Source of the DNA: the human T2T-CHM13v2.0 reference genome, Homo sapiens | Strand: one strand, 5' to 3' | Length of the DNA stretch: 64,000 nt | Assembly (NCBI RefSeq): GCF_009914755.1 | Contig: NC_060941.1 | In this document: positions 59,029 through 64,000 of the stretch, piece after piece | How the letters are laid out: every line of letters starts with the position of its first letter | How positions within the stretch are numbered: the first letter of the stretch is position 1 | Position numbers and translations under genes: made by a program | Notes under the pieces: generated by a model | What the model was told of the DNA's origin: nothing | The model's input: the letters and a program-made list of their open reading frames with translations, nothing else | The model's database searches: none

Positions 59029-59595
59029 ATGGGAAACAGAAATTCTAGGCCAAGGGGACAAAGGAAAGAGGGAATCAAAGACTCTCTCTGACATTCCCTG
59101 GATAGTCTTTTGGGGAGAGTGCTGCAGGTTTGGAGGGACAACTCTCGAACCAGGGACAAGGAAAAGCAAAAGATGAAAAAGTATTGCTGTTTTATCTGTC
59201 CCAAGGACCCCATTTGTAAGCCTTCAGTCTTTTGGCCTAACTTTGGATCAGACGAGGACTGGGTTTGCCAAGTTTTAATTCTCTATGTGAATGATAAAAC
59301 CCCATACTGACGAGAAGAGATAGGTTACACTCTCTGATGGATCATGGAATTAGCCCCCATGTTCCCCCTCAAAGAAGAGAAAGAGCCTAGTAAAAAGTCC
59401 TCACCCAGGGAAAAGCCCTGGGACCCCCTACCATGCTTGCCCCTTCCATACGTCTCAAAAAATAGGGGACAGGAAGATCAAGGGGCAGGAGGAAGGTTAG
59501 AGGAAGAAAGACCTGGAGACCATGGGGGAGCTGAACCAACCTCTCCTTTAAATCTTTATCCAAATTTAAGTAAAGAATTAGAACAGTGTAAGAGG
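59029..59595 (+). pseudogene. Defective HERV-I-type gag, N-terminal part (resumes at 63843-64000)
   Basis: MGNRNSRP start; WRDNSRTRDKEKQKMKKYCCFI...FWPNFGSDEDWVCQ. After the L1, MYPLREVPMGQGETGFVNAPVTGTEVRNFKKEMKPLLE. Frameshifts and stops present. Confidence 0.8.
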
Positions 59596-63826
<4,231 letters not shown>

Positions 63827-64000
63827 AGAACAGTGTAAGAGGATATTGAAAACTCCCCTATCCACTCCACACAGCAGGCATCTAGCATGTATCCTCTTAG
63901 GGAAGTTCCCATGGGACAGGGAGAGACTGGCTTTGTAAATGCTCCTGTTACAGGTACTGAAGTTAGGAATTTCAAGAAGGAAATGAAACCACTCCTAGAA

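Overview
Primate genomic DNA, most likely human. The single protein-coding gene is TMEM98 on the + strand. I reconstructed it by hand: a CpG-island first exon ending at 22305, a non-coding exon 2, and six coding exons from ATG 25599 to TAG 35065. The coding parts total 681 nt (226 aa plus stop), with GT-AG introns and consistent phase at every junction. The rest is mostly interspersed repeats, with unusually deep nesting. Upstream of the promoter, a MER102-like DNA transposon holds an Alu, which holds a ~10 kb MER51-type provirus, which in turn holds Alus, a 3'-truncated antisense SVA and a fossil MER57 LTR remnant with its own polypurine tract. Elsewhere there is an HML-10-type LTR14 solo LTR inside an Alu, a second four-tier nest at 51-53 kb, and a HERV-I-type provirus whose gag is split by a 5'-inverted L1PA. 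I found no evidence of a new protein-coding system. The best leads are regulatory or RNA-level hypotheses: an LTR-driven alternative TMEM98 first exon, an Alu-flanked AUG-containing circRNA, uORFs, alternative polyadenylation, and an intronic CTCF/UPRE cluster. Repeat family names come from remembered consensus sequences and need RepeatMasker/Dfam confirmation.
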